From Octopus sinensis (Eukaryota): a stretch of 64,000 nucleotides of DNA. The DNA is taken from contig NC_043003.1 of assembly GCF_006345805.1 (NCBI RefSeq), positions 108,252,001 through 108,316,000 on the forward strand, given 5' to 3'. Of this stretch, positions 27,880-42,022 are shown one piece after another. Below the pieces are notes generated by a model, which searched no databases, was not told the origin of the DNA, and saw only the letters and a program-made list of their open reading frames with translations. How positions within the stretch are numbered: position 1 is the first letter of the stretch; every line of letters begins with the position of its first letter. The position numbers and the translations under genes are program-made.

Positions 27880-28620
27880 AAGCGTGGCTTAGTGGCGTGG
27901 ATATTTGACATACGATCGTAAGGTCGTGAGTTCGATTCCCGGCGAAGTGTTTTCTCTTTCAACAAGGTACTTTATTTAACGTTGCTCCAACCGACACAGC
28001 TGATGCAATAATTAATTGCAGTTCAAAGGGGCAAGCCTTGTCACTGTCTTTCTTTCGCTGAATTTCCATTGGAACTATGTTAAGAGTATGCGTGTCTGTG
28101 GAGTGCTCAGCCACTTGCACGTTAACTTTACGAGCAGGCTGTTCTTATTTCTTTACAGCCCATAATGGGCTAAACACAGAGGGGACAAACAAGGACAGAC
28201 AAATGGATTAAGTCAATTACGTCGACGCCAGTGCGTAACTGGTGCTTATTTAATCGACCCCGAAAGGATGAAAGGCAAAGTTGGCCTCGGCGGAATTTGA
28301 ACTCAGAACGTAGCGTCAGACGAAGTACCTATTTCTTTACTACCCACAAGGGGCTATACACAGAGAGGACTAACAAGGACAGACAAACGGATTAAGTCGA
28401 TTATATCGACCCCAGTGCGTAACTGGTACTTAATTTATCGACCTGGAAAGGATGAAAGGCAAAGTCGACCTCGGCGGAATTTGAACTCAGAACGTAACGG
28501 CAGACGAAATACCGCTGAGCATTTCGCCCGGCGTGCTAATGGTTCTGCCTTCTCGCCGAGCAGGCTGTTCTGTTGACCGATTCAACTGGAACACATTTCG
28601 TCGTAACCGACAGAGTATCA
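27880..28620 (+). mobile_element. tRNA-derived CORE-type SINE interrupted by a younger SINE
   Basis: gtggcttagtgg..gagttcgattccc head; body resumes after the 15-bp duplication at 28557. Confidence 0.75.
28146..28556 (-). mobile_element. Nin/Deu-domain-type SINE with duplicated 3' half and 15-bp TSD
   Basis: TSD cgagcaggctgttct at 28131-28145 and 28557-28571; B box gagttcaaattcc; gcctttcatcctttc.gggtcgat domain present twice. Confidence 0.85.
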
Positions 28621-28633
28621 CTGCATTTGTATA

Positions 28634-28803
28634 CAGTAATCCCTCGCCATATCGCAGTTCACCTATCACAGTTTAAAGCTTATGCCTATTCCTCCGTGGT
28701 GTTGTTTTAAAAAATATACAGTACAGTGCTGTTTCTATATCGCGGATTTTCACCTATCGCGGGGTGTTTGGAACGTAAAACCCGCGATAGTCGAGGGATA
28801 CTG
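28634..28803. mobile_element. Tigger/pogo-type MITE (~170 bp)
   Basis: TIRs cagtaatccctcgccatatcgc and gcgatagtcgagggatactg; TA on the left flank. Confidence 0.8.
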
Positions 28804-28812
28804 CATACGTTT

Positions 28813-28855
<43 letters not shown>

Positions 28856-29058
28856 AGGGGTTCGCTCCCCTGCTCGCAAGATATTGGCTCCAGGTATGCA
28901 TCATTAACCAGCTAGCGGAGATGTCCTTTTGGGGATTAAAACTTCGCTGTGGAGTCCGTTCGAACGGAAAAACCATGTTCAAGTGGCTACGTACATGAGT
29001 TGTTCTCTTAGAGAGATTTCAGGACTCCCTTTTTGCTTATATATATGTATATATACAC

Positions 29059-29129
<71 letters not shown>

Positions 29130-29252
29130 TGTGTGTGTATCTCTGTGTGTGTGTGTGTGTGAATAAACAAACTGCAAATAAACAAAGTTTGAATTTTCAA
29201 ATTCTCGCACCGAAAACACAGACACACTCACACACACACACACACATACACA

Positions 29253-29352
<100 letters not shown>

Positions 29353-29585
29353 GAACACATATATATATTTGTATGTATAAACATATACGTATGTGTGTGT
29401 ATATATATACATATACTGGGAGTTTATTATCTTACTACAACGGAAGTTAGGAAATAATCGTCGCCTCAGGAGAGTCTACCAGATGTGAAGATATTTCGCC
29501 TAGAAGTACTGTAGTGTGAGAACGTAGGCACTGTTCAATGGAGCCGAGGGCTATTATAATGATAATGATGGTGACACTTATAATA

Positions 29586-32500
29586 CATTAGACTTCGGAT
29601 ATAACGGACAAAATTGTCCAGTCCGGATCTTTGTAATGAAAATTTCAAATAGATTTCGGCTCCTATAACGGACTCGGATATAATGAACAATCACTTATAA
29701 CGGACGATTTTTCTCGGCCCCAATGGTCAAAAACAACCTAAATTTCCTTGGTTATTTTTTAACTAAAAAATGTCTGTTTTAAGCAATGTTTTGACTTATT
29801 TCTAGCAAATCCAGTTGGTTTGCTCGTAGCTTTTAAATATTTAATTTGCTCGCGTATGTGACAGACGATAGAAGAGGCAGCGAAGGCGCTGTTTTCTGAT
29901 TGGCTGAAAATTCTGAAATTTATCAAACTTTTAACATCGGTACATTTTCGCAAAAATTTTTCTAAAATAAATGAATAACAAATTCGCATTTAGCGTCACA
30001 ATTTACACCTATATAATACATTAAAAACATTTTTTGAAGATTTCCACTTACAGTGACGAAAACCACAAATATCCATGCGTTTTTGTCACGTTTTAGTCCT
30101 TTTATTGTGCGAATTTGTATTTTTTCGTGCTGAACTTTCCATTTCCATTCAAGATGAGCAGTTCGAAAAGAAAATGGAGTACTCTAACCACCGATAAAAA
30201 GTTGGAAACTTTAGAATACTGTGACAAGAATAGCTCGATGGACGGGTCTGAAAAAATGCCCCTTCTCGCACTTGGTAAAAGTGCAAAACCGTGTGCATTC
30301 AAGAAACCTCCGTGCTGACGTTGTCGAATCTGAGATGAGAAAGTTTGACCGTCGCATGAGAAACGAAAATCGAAAAGTTGCTATGATCGTCGACTACTGC
30401 TCAGCCTACCCACAAATTGTACTGGAAAACGTCGAGCTGATCTTCCTCTCACTAAGCAGCACGTCTGTAACGCAACCTATGGACGCAGGAATTATAAAGG
30501 ACTTGAAATTCCACTACAGAAGAATATAGGCTGGCCAACGACGAGCAGCTGCTGAAAACAATCAAGATTTCAAATGGGACATTCTGGATTGTTTAGTAGC
30601 TGTGAAATCCAGCTGAAAGATGGTCAAATGTGAAACTGTCCGAAACTGTTGGAAAAAAGCCAGTTTCATCAAACAACTTGCGAACGAAAGTGTGGAAGAG
30701 ACGAGTGACGATAGAATTGCAGACAATGTAATCCAGGATGATGACTACACGGTTTTTCGAAACAGTTGGAATTGTCTAAATGACATTTTGGGCTTTAGAA
30801 CTTCCGGCATTAGATGAGTATGTGAACATCGATTCGGCTGATGTCACTACCACCGAGCGTTGGTCTAACGAGGAGATTGGCGCAGAATTGAGAAGCTCTG
30901 CAGATGTCAAATGTGTTGTTGATATAGACGACGAAGCTGGGGATAATGATGGCAATGAGGAAGGTGGTGAATGAGGATGATGGCAATGAGGAAGGTGGTG
31001 AATGAGGATGATGGCAATGAGGAAGGTGGTGAATGAGGATGATGGCAATGAGGAAGGTGGTGAATGATGATGATGGCAATGAGGAAGGTGGTGAATGAGG
31101 ATGGTGGCAATGAGGAAGGTGGTGAATGAGGATGGTGGCAATGAGGAAGGTGGTGAATGAGGATGATGGCAATGAGGAAGGTGGTGAATGAGGATGATGG
31201 CAATGAGGAGGGTGTTGGTGAGGATGGAAGGTGGTGAATGATGAGGATGATGCAATGAGGAAGGTGGTGAATGAGGATGATGATGGCAATGAGGAAGGTG
31301 GTGAATGAGGATGATGGCAATGAGGAAGGTGGTGAATGAGGATGGTGGCAATGAGGAAGGTGGTGAATGAGGATGATGGCAATGAGGAAGGTGGTGAATG
31401 AGGATGATGGCAATGAGGAAGGTGGTGAATGAGGATGATGGCAATGAGGAAGGTGGTGAATGAGGATGATGGCAATGAGGAAGGTGGTGAATGAGGATGA
31501 TGGCAATGAGGAAGGTGGTGAATGAGGATGATGGCAATGAGGAAGGTGGTGAATGATGATGATGGCAAAGAGGAAGGTGGTGAATGAGATGATGGCAATG
31601 AGGAAGGTGGTGAATGTGTGAATGAATGAATGATGATGATGCAATGAGGAAGGTGGTGAATGAGGATGATGGCAATGAGGAAGGTGGTGAATGAGGATGA
31701 TGGCAATGAGGAAGGTGGTGAATGAGGATGATGGCAATGAGGAAGGTGGTGAATGATGATGATGGCAATGAGGAAGGTGGTGAATGAGGATGGTGGCAAT
31801 GAGGAAGGTGGTGAATGAGGATGATGGCAATGAGGAAGGTGGTGAATGAGGATGATGGCAATGAGGAAAGTGGTGAATGAGGATGATGGCAATGAGGAAG
31901 GTGGTGAATGACGATGATGGCAATGAGGAAGGTGGTGAATGAGGATGATGGCAATGAGGAAGGTGGTGAATGAGGATGATGGCAATGAGGAAGGTGGTGT
32001 ATGATGATGATGGCAATGAGGAAGGTGGTGAATGAGGATGATGGCAATGAGGAAGGTGGTGAATGAGGATGATGGCAATGAGGAAGGTGGTGAATGAGGA
32101 TGATGGCAAAGAGGAAGGTGGTGAATGAGAATGATGGCAATGAGGAGGTGGTGTGAATGAGGATGATGGCAATGAGGAAGGTGGTGAATGAGGATGATGG
32201 CAATGAGGAAGTTGGTGAATGAGGATGATGGCAATGAGGAAGGTGGTGAATGAGGATGATGGCAATGAGGAGGTGTGAATGAGGATGATGGCAATGAGGA
32301 AGGTGGTGAATGATATGATGGCAAAGAAAGGTGGTGAATGAGGATGATGGCAATGAGGAAGGTGGTGAATGAGGATGATGGCAATGAGGAAGGTGGTGAA
32401 TGAGGATGATGCAATGAGGAAGGTGGTGAATGAGGATGATGGCAATGAGGAAGGTGTGAATGAGGATGATGCAATGAGGAAGGTGGTGAATGAGAATGAT

Positions 32501-35500
32501 GGCAATGAGGAAGGTGGTGAATGAGATTGATGGCAATGAGGAGGTGGTGAATGAGGATGATGGCAATGAGGAAGGTGGTGATGAGGATGATGGCAATGAG
32601 GAGGTGGTGAATGAGGATGATGGCAATGAGGAAGGTGGTGAATGAGGATGATGGCAATGAGGAAGGTGGTGAATGAGGATGATGGCAATGAGGAGGTGGT
32701 GAATGAGGATGATGGCAATGAGGAAGGTGGTGAATGAGGATGATGGCATTGAGGAAGGTGGTGAATGAGGATGATGGCAATGAGGAAGGTGTTGAATGAG
32801 GATGATGGCAATGAGGAAGTGTGGTGAATGAGGATGATGGCAATGAGGAAGGTGGTGAATGAGGATGATGGCAATGAGGAAGGTGGTGAATGAGGATGAT
32901 GGCAATGAGGAAGGTGGTGAATGAGGATGATGGCATTGAGGAGGTGTGAATGAGGATGATGGCAATGAGGAAGTGGTGAATGAGGATGATGGCAATGAGG
33001 AAGGTGAATGATAATGATGGCAATGAGAAGGGTGAATGAGGATGATGGCAATGAGGAAGGTGTGAATGAGGATGATGGCAATGAGGAAGGTGGTGAATGA
33101 GGATGATGGCAATGAGAGAAGTGGTGAATGAGGATGATGGCAATGAGGAGGTGGTGAATGAGGATGATGGCAATGAGGAAGGTGGTGAATGAGGATGATG
33201 GCAATGAGGAAGGTGGTGAATGAGGATGATGGCAATGAGGAAGGTGGTGAATGAGGATGATGGCAATGAGGAAGGTGTGAATGAGGATGATGGCAATGAG
33301 GAAGGTGGTGAATGAGGATGATGGCAATGAGGAAGGTGTGAATGAGGATGATGGCAATGAGGAAGGTGGTGAATGAGGATGATTGGCAATGAGGAAGGTG
33401 GTGAATGAGGATGATGGCATGAGGAAGGTGGTGAATGAGGATGATGGCAATGAGGAAGGTGGTGAATGAGGATGATGGCAATGAGGAAGGTGGGTGAATG
33501 ATGATGATGGCAATGAGGAAGGTGGTGAATGAGGATGATGGCAATGAGGAGGTGGTGAATGAGGATGATGGCAATGAGGAAGGTGGTGAATGAGGATGAT
33601 GCAATGAGGAAGGTGGTGAATGAGGATGATGGCAATGAGGAAGGTGGTGAATGAGGATGATGGCAATGAGGAAGGTGGTGATGAGGATGATGGCAATGAG
33701 GAAGGTGGTGAATGAGGATGATGGCAATGAGGAAGGTGGTGAATGAGGATGATGGCAATGAGGAAGGGGTGAATGAGGATGATGGCAATGAGGAAGGTGG
33801 TGAATGAGGATGATGGCAATGAGGAAGGTGGTGAATGAGGATGATGGCAATGAGGAAGGTGGTGAATGAGGATGAAGGCAATGAGGAAGGTGGTGAATGA
33901 GGATGATGGCAATGAGGAGGTGGTGAATGAGGATGATGGCAATGAGGATGGTGGTGAATGAGGATGGATGGCAATGAGGAAGGTGGTGATGAGGATGATG
34001 GCAATGAGGAAGGTGGGAATGAGGATGATGGCAATGTGGAAGGTGGTGAATGAGGATGATGGCAATGAGGAAGGTGGTGATGAGGATGATGGCAATGAGG
34101 AGGAAGGTGGTGAATGATGATGATGGCAATGAGGAAGTGGTGAATGAGGATGATGGCAATGAGGAAGGTGGTGAATGATGATGATGATGGCAATGAGGAA
34201 GGTGTGAATGAGGATGGTGGCAATGAGGAAGTGGTGAATGATGATGGCAATGAGGAAGGTGGTGGTGAATGATGATGGCAATGAGAAGGTGGTGAATGAG
34301 GATGATGGCAATGAGGAAGGTGGTGAATGAGGATGGGGCAATGAGGAAGGTGGTGATGAGGATGATGGCAATGAGGAAGGTGGTGTGAATGAGGATGATG
34401 GCAATGAGGAAGGTGGTGGTGAATGAGGATGATGCAATGAGGAAGGTGGTGGTGAATGAGGATGAGGCAATGAGGAAGGTGGTGAATGAGGATGATGGCA
34501 ATGAGGAAGGTGGTGGTGAATGAGGATGATGGCAATGAGGAAGGTGGTGTGAATGAGAATGATGGCAATGAGGAAGTGGTGAATGAGGATGAGGCAATGA
34601 GGAAGGTGTGTGAATGAGGATGATGGCAATGAGGAAGGTGGTGATGAATGAGGATGATGATGGCAATGAGGAAGTGGTGAATGAGGATGATGGCATGAGG
34701 AAGGTGGTGGTGAATGAGGATGATGGCAAGAGGAAGGTGGTGATGAATGAGGATGATGGCATTGAGGAAGGTGGTGAATGAGAATGATGGCAATGAGGAA
34801 GGTGGTGGTGAATGATGATGATGGCAATGAGGAGGAAGGTGGTGAATGAGGATGATGGCAATGAGGAAGGTGGTGAATGAGATGATGGCAATGAGGAGGT
34901 GGTGAATGAGGATGATGCAATGAGGAAGGTGGTGAATGATGATGGCAAGAGGAAGGTGGTGAATGAGGATGATGGCAAAGAGGAAGGTGGTGAATGAGAA
35001 TGATGGCAATGAGGAAGGTGGTGATTGAGGATGATGGCAATGAGGAAGGTGGTGGTGAATGATGATGATGGCAATGAGGAGGAAGGTGGTGAATGAGAAT
35101 GATGGCATGAGGAAGGTGGTGAATGAGGATGATGGCAAAGAGGAAGGTGGTGAATGAGAATGATGGCAATGAGGAAGTGGTGAATGAGGATGTGGCAATG
35201 AGGAAGGTTGGTGAATGAGGATGGATGGCAATGAGGAAGGGGTGAATGAGGATGATGGCCAATGAGGAAGGTGGTGGTGAATGAGAATGATGGCAATGAG
35301 GAAGGTGGTGAATGGGATGATGGCAATGAGAAGGTGGTGAATGATGATGATGGCAATGAGGAAGGGGTGAATGAGGATGGTGGCAATGAGGAAGGTGGTG
35401 AATGAGAATGATGGCAATGAGGAAGGTGGTGAATGATGATGATGGCAATGAGGAAGGTGGTGAATGATGATGATGATGGCAAAGAGGAAGGTGGTGAATG

Positions 35501-38500
35501 AGAATGATGGCAATGAGGAAGGTGGTGGTGAATGATGATGATGGCAATGAGGAATGTGGTGAATGAGAATGATGGCAATGAGGAAGGTGGTGGTGAATGA
35601 TGATGATGATGGCAATGAGAAGGTGGTGAATGAGGATGGTGGCAATGAGGAAGGTGTGAATGAGGATGATGGCAAAGAGGAAGGTGGTGAATGAATGAGG
35701 ATGATGGCCAATGAGGAAGGTGGTGAATGATGATGGTGGCAAAGAGGAAGGTGGTGAATGAGAGAATGATGGCAATGAGGAAGGTGGTGAATGATGATGA
35801 TGGCAATGAGAAGGTGGTGAATGAGAATGATGGCAATGAGGAAGGTGGCGAATGAGGATGATGGCATGAGGAAGGTGGTGATGATGATGATGGCAATGAG
35901 GAAGGTGGTGAATGAGGATGATGGCAATGAGGAAGTGGTGAATGAGGATGGTGGCAATGAGGAGGTGGTGAATGAGAATGATGGCAATGAGGAAGGTGGT
36001 GAATGATGATGATGGCAAAGAGGAAGGTGGTGAATGAGAATGATGGCAATGAGGAAGGTGGTGAATGATGATGATGGCAATGAGGAAGGTGGTGAATGAG
36101 GATGATGGCAAAGAGGAAGGTGGTGAATGAGAATGATGGCAATGAGGAAGGTGGTGAATGATGATGATGGCAATGAGGAAGGTGGTGAATGAGGATGATG
36201 GCAATGAGGAAGGTGGTGAATGAGAATGATGGCAATGAGGAAGGTGGTGAATGAGGATGATGGCAATGAGGAAGGTGGTGAATGAGGATGATGGCATGAG
36301 GAAGGTGGTGGTGAATGAGAATGATGGCAATGAGGAAGGTGGTGAATGATGATGATGGCAATGAGGAAGGTGGTGAATGAGGATGATGGCAATGAGGAAG
36401 GTGGTGAATGAGGATGGTGGCAATGAGGAAGGTGGTGAATGAGGATGATGGCAATGAGGAAGGTGGTGAATGAGGATGGTGGCAATGAGGAAGGTGGTGA
36501 ATGAGGATGATGGCAATGAGGAGGTGGTGAATGAGGATGGTGGCAATGAGGAAGGTGGTGAATGAGGATGATGGCAATGAGGAAGGTGGTGAATGAGGAT
36601 GATGGCAATGAGGAAGGTGTGGTGAATGAGGATGATGATGGCAATGAGGAAGGTGGTGAATGAGGATGTGGCAATGAGGAAGTGGTGAATGAGGATGGTG
36701 GCAATGAGGAAGGTGGTGATGAGGATGATGGCAATGAGGAAGGTGGTGAATGAGGATGATGGCAATGTGGAAGGTGGTGAATGAGGATGATGGCCAATGA
36801 GGAAGGTGGTGAATGAGGATGATGATGGCAATGAGGAAGGTGGTGGTGAATGAGGATGGTGGCAATGAGGAGGTGGTGAATGAGGATGGTGGCAATGAGG
36901 AAGGTGGCGAATGAGGATGATGGCAATGAGGAGGAAGGTGGTGAATGAGGATGGGGCAATGAGGAAGGTGGTGAATGAGGATGAGGCAATGAGGAAGGTG
37001 GTGAATGAGGATGATGGCAATGAGGAAGGTGGTGAATGAGGATGATGGCAATGAGAAGGTGGTGAATGAGGATGATGGCAATGAGGAAGGTGGTGGTGAA
37101 TGATGATGATGGCAATGAGGAGGAAGGTGGTGAATGAGGATGATGGCAAAGAGGAAGGTGGTGAATGAGAATGATGGCAATGAGGAAGGTGGTGAATGAT
37201 GATGATGGCAATGAGGAAGTGGTGAATGAGGATGAAGGCAATGAGGATGGTGGTGAATGAGGATGGTGGCAATGAGGAAGGTGTGGTGAATGAGGATGGA
37301 TGGCAATGAGGAAGGTGGTGAATGAGAATGATGGCAATGAGGAAGGTGGTGAATGATGATGATGGCAATGAGGAAGGTGGTGAATGAGGATGATGGCAAC
37401 GAGGAAGGTGGTGAATGAGGATGAAGGCAATGAGGATGGTGGTGAATGAGGATGGGGCAATGAGGAAGGTGGTGGTGAATGAGGATGGTGGCAATGAGGA
37501 AGGTGGTGAATGAGGATGGTGGCAATGAGGAAGGTGGTGAATGAGGATGATGGCAATGAGGAAGGTGGTGAATGAGGATGATGGCAATGAGGAAGGTGGT
37601 GAATGAGGATGATGGCAATGAGGAAGGTGGTGAATGAGGATGATGGCAATGAGGAAGGTGGTGAATGAGGATGATGGCAATGAGGAAGGTGGTGAATGAG
37701 GATGATGGCAATGTGGAAGGTGGTGAATGAGGATGATGGCAATGAGGAAGGGGTGAATGAGGATGAAGGCAATGAGGATGGTGGTGAATGAGGATGGTGG
37801 CAATGAGAAGGTGGTGAATGAATGAGGATGATGCAATGAGGAAGGTGGTGAATGAGGATGATGGCAATGAGGAAGGTGGTGAATGAGGATGGTGGCAATG
37901 AGGAAGGTGGTGAATGAGGATGGTGGCAATGAGGAAGGTGGTGAATGAGGATGATGGCAATGAGGAAGGTGGTGAATGAGGATGATGGCAATGAGGAAGG
38001 TGGTGAATGAGGATGATGGCAATGAGAAAGGTGGTGAATGAGGATGATGGCAATGAGGAAGGTGGTGAATGATGATGATGGCAATGAGGAAGGTGGTGAA
38101 TGAGGATGATGGCAAAGAGGAAGGTGGTGAATGAGAATGATGGCAATGAGGAAGGTGGTGAATGATGATGATGGCAAAGAGGAAGGTGGTGAATGAGGAT
38201 GATGGCAATGAGGAAGGTGGTGAATGAGGATGATGGCAATGAGGAAGGTGGTGAATGAGGATGATGGCAATGAGGAAGGTGGTGAATGAGGATGGTGGCA
38301 ATGAGGAAGGTGGTGAATGAGGATGGTGGCAATGAGGAAGGTGGTGAATGAGGATGGTGGCAATGAGGAAGGTGGTGAATGAGGATGATGGCAATGAGGA
38401 AGGTGGTGAATGAGGATGATGGCAATGAGGAAGGTGGTGAATGAGGATGATGGCAATGAGGAAGGTGGTGAATGAGGATGGTGGCAATGAGGAAGGTGGT

Positions 38501-40720
38501 GAATGAGGATGGTGGCAATGAGGAAGGTTGGTGAATGAGGATGTGGCAATGAGGAAGGTGGTGAATGAGGATGGTGGCAATGAGGAAGGTGGTGTGAATG
38601 AGGATGATGGCAAGAGGAAGGTGGTGAATGAGGATGATGGCAATGAGGAAGGTGGTGAATGAGGATGATGGCAATGAGGAAGGTGGTGAATGAGGATGAT
38701 GGCAATGAGGAAGGTGGTGAATGAGGATGATGGCAATGAGGAAGGTGGTGAATGAGGATGATGGCAATGAGGAAGGTGGTGAATGAGGATGATGGCAATG
38801 AGGAAGGTGGTGAATGAGGATGGTGGCAATGAGGAAGGTGGTGAATGAGGATGATGGCAATGAGGAAGGTGGTGAATGAGGATGATGGCAATGAGGAAGG
38901 TGGTGAATGAGGATGGTGGCAATGAGGAAGGTGGTGAATGAGGATGGTGGCAATGAGGAAGGTGGTGAATGAGGATGGTGGCAATGAGGAAGGAAGGTGG
39001 TGAATGAGGATGATGGCAATGAGGAAGGTGTGTGAATGAGGATGATGTCAATGAGGAAGGTGGTGAATGAGGATGGTGGCAATGAGGAAGGTGTGTGAAT
39101 GAGGATGGTGGCAATGAGGAAGGTGGTGAATGAGGATGATGGCAATGAGGAAGGTGGTGAATGAGGATGATGGCAATGAGGAAGGTGGTGAATGAGGATG
39201 ATGGCAATGAGGAAGGTGGTGAATGAGGATGGTGGCAATGAGGAAGGTGGTGAATGAGGATGGTGGCAATGAGGAAGGTGGTGAATGAATGAGGATGGTG
39301 GCAATGAGGAAGGTGGTGAATGATGATGATGGCAATGAGGAAGGTGGTGAATGAGGATGATGGCAATGAGGAAGGTGTGTGAATGAGGATGGTGGCAATG
39401 AGGAAGGTGGTGTGTGAATGAGGATGATGGCAATGAGGAAGGTGGTGATTGAGGATGATGGCAATGAGGAAGGTGGTGAATGAGGATGGTGGCAATGAGG
39501 AAGGTGGTGAATGAGGATGGTGGCAATGAGGAAGGTGGTGTGAATGAGGATGGTGGCAATGAGGAAGGTGGTGAATGAGGATGATGGCAATGAGGAAGGT
39601 GGTGAATGAGGATGATGGCAATGAGGAAGGTGGTGAATGAGGATGGTGGCAATGAGGAAGGTGGTGAATGAGGATGGTGGCAATGAGGAAGGGGTGTGAA
39701 TGAGGATGATGGCAATGAGGAAGGTGGTGAATGAGGATGGTGGCAATGAGGAAGGTGGTGAATGAGGATGGTGGCAATGAGGAAAGTGGTGAATGAGGAT
39801 GAAGGCAATGAGGATGGTGGTGAATGAGGATGAGGCAATGAGGAAGGTGGTGAATGAGGATGATGGCAATGAGGAAGGTGGTGAATGAGGATGGTGGCAA
39901 TGAGGAAGGTGGTGAATGAGGATGATGGCAATGAGGAAGGTGGTGAATGAGGATGATGGCAATGAGGAAGGTGGTGAATGAGGATGGTGGCAATGAGGAA
40001 GGTGGTGAATGAGGATGATGGCAATGAGGAAGGTGGTGAATGAGGATGATGGCAATGAGGAAGGTGGTGAATGAGGATGATGGCAATGAGGAAGGTGGTG
40101 AATGAGGATGATGGCAATGGGGAAGGTGGTGATTGAGGATGGTGGCAATGAGGAAGGTGGTGAATGAGGATGATGGCAATGAGGAAGGTGGTGAATGAGG
40201 ATGATGGCAATGAGGAAGGTGGTGAATGAGGATGATGGCAATGAGGAAGGTGGTGAATCCATTACCCCTCCCACATGTGGAGATACATATTCTGCCTTGA
40301 ATACTTTCTGACGGTTTCTTCTCGCGGTAGAATGGCCAGAAACGGAAGGCATTTTCGATTGCACAGAGAAAATAGAGAAACTGATTCACAAGAATCCATA
40401 AATGATTCCAAGACAAAAGAAAATGACCGATTTCTTCGAACCGATACCGAAATAAATGTATTCATAAGTGAACGTCTTCGTATGTACTTAATCTCAAATC
40501 TGTCAATTCTATAAAAGTAGATTAGCAACAGTACAGTAATTCATAGTGTTGGGTTTCATTTAGTATTCATGGATCCTGAGATTGCGACGTGTACAATATA
40601 CTCTGTAGAAGGGTGCGCCGTACAAACGGGTTCCACTTCGTTTTCGGTTAAAACGGACAATCGGATATAACTGAGAAATTTTCCCGGTCCCGAGGCGTTC
40701 GTTATATCCGACATCTACTG
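29586..40720 (+). mobile_element. Tigger/pogo (DDE_1, CENP-B-like) transposon, internally deleted, inflated by a minisatellite
   Basis: TA TSDs; TIRs cattagacttcggatataacg and cgttatatccgacatctactg; remnants KRKWSTLTTDKKLE, PLLALGKSAKPCAFK, IVDYCSAY..TSVTQPMDAGIIKDLKFHYR, TVRNCWKKA, C-terminal KKMTDFF. Confidence 0.9.
30945..40257. repeat. 31-bp minisatellite, ~300 copies (GATGGCAATGAGGAAGGTGGTGAATGAGGAT)
   Basis: Period 31 read directly (ggcaat at 30951 and 30982); copy number from length divided by period. Confidence 0.98.
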
Positions 40721-40729
40721 TAGTAATAA

Positions 40730-41330
40730 TTCTGTCTAATATAGGCACAAGGTCAGCAATTAGATGGGGAGGGAGTCGATTAATTCGATTCAAGTACTTG
40801 ACTGGTATTTCTTTTATCAACCCCAAAATCAAAGTTGATCTCGACCAAACTTGTGCTTAGCACCTAATGAGTCGGAGGAAATTATGCTAAGCATTTTGTC
40901 CGACACTCAAACAATTCTGCCAGATCGCCACCTTAATAATCCTTTCTACAATAGGCTCAAGGCCTGAAATTTTGTGAGGAGGGGATAGTCGTTTACATCG
41001 ACCCCGGTATACGACCGGTACCTATTTTACCGACCCCGAACGGATAAAAGGTAAAGCTGAGCATTTTGCCCGGGCTGCTAACGTTTCTGCAAACTCGCCG
41101 CCTTAACCATAATTATAATAATCCTTTCTACGAAAGGCACAAGTCCTGAAATTTTGGAGGAGGGGACTAGTCGATTACATCGACCCCAGTGTTTCACTGG
41201 TACTTATTTCATCGACCCCGAAAGGATGAAAAGCAACCTCGGCAGAATTTGAACCCAGAACGTAAAGACGGACGAAATGCCGCTAAGCATTTCTCCCGGT
41301 GCGTTAACGTTTCTACCAGCTCTCCGCTTC
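40730..41330 (-). mobile_element. Cluster of three Nin/Deu-type SINE copies
   Basis: Repeated aggcacaagg..tcgaccccgaaaggatgaaa..gaatttgaac..ctaagcattt. Confidence 0.8.
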
Positions 41331-41790
41331 AACAATAGTTACAATACTGAAAAATAAGTTTCAACTTGGTGTAATTTGATCTCTGAACGTAGAGTCAGAA
41401 GAAAAAATTAGAAGACATTCTGCCATCTCACCGAATGCGGATAGCAAATATTGTCGTAGTAAAAAATTAAATTAAAATAGTTGTAGGAAAAATCAGATGA
41501 TAAAAACGGAAACAGTAATAAGAGTGAATACAAAATATGCTTGATTTTTGAATTAGAAGATACTGGTGATGGAAACTATAGTCAAATAGAGATTAGGCAA
41601 AAGATGTTGTAATAACACGGAAAAAATATGAGAATAAAAATATTAGAATACAAAATATGAAATATAAATAATTAATCTCTGGTGTTAAAATGTAAAGCAA
41701 AATGACACGAACAGTGGAGCGAGATGCTTACACAATTCTCCATACCATATACCTTCTTGTCTATTCCAAATATATATGTATAGATATGTG

Positions 41791-41826
<36 letters not shown>

Positions 41827-42022
41827 GTTTGTGCTCATATGTTTATGTGTAAAATATATCTAAACACATATATGCATATATAGTTTTTAAATAAATACTT
41901 AACATATCTATACATATACAGTGGGAGGAAATAAATATTCGTACCATATTTGTTGTTGTTGTTAATGATAATAATCTTTTCTACTATAGGTACAAGGCCT
42001 GAAGTCTGGAGGTACTTATTTT

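Noticed and set aside
30776-40416. Three minus-strand ORFs of ~2700-3200 aa rich in His/Pro/Ser
   Set aside because: The 31-bp unit lacks TTA, CTA and TCA on the plus strand, so all minus frames are open by construction; the array sits inside a plus-strand transposase remnant
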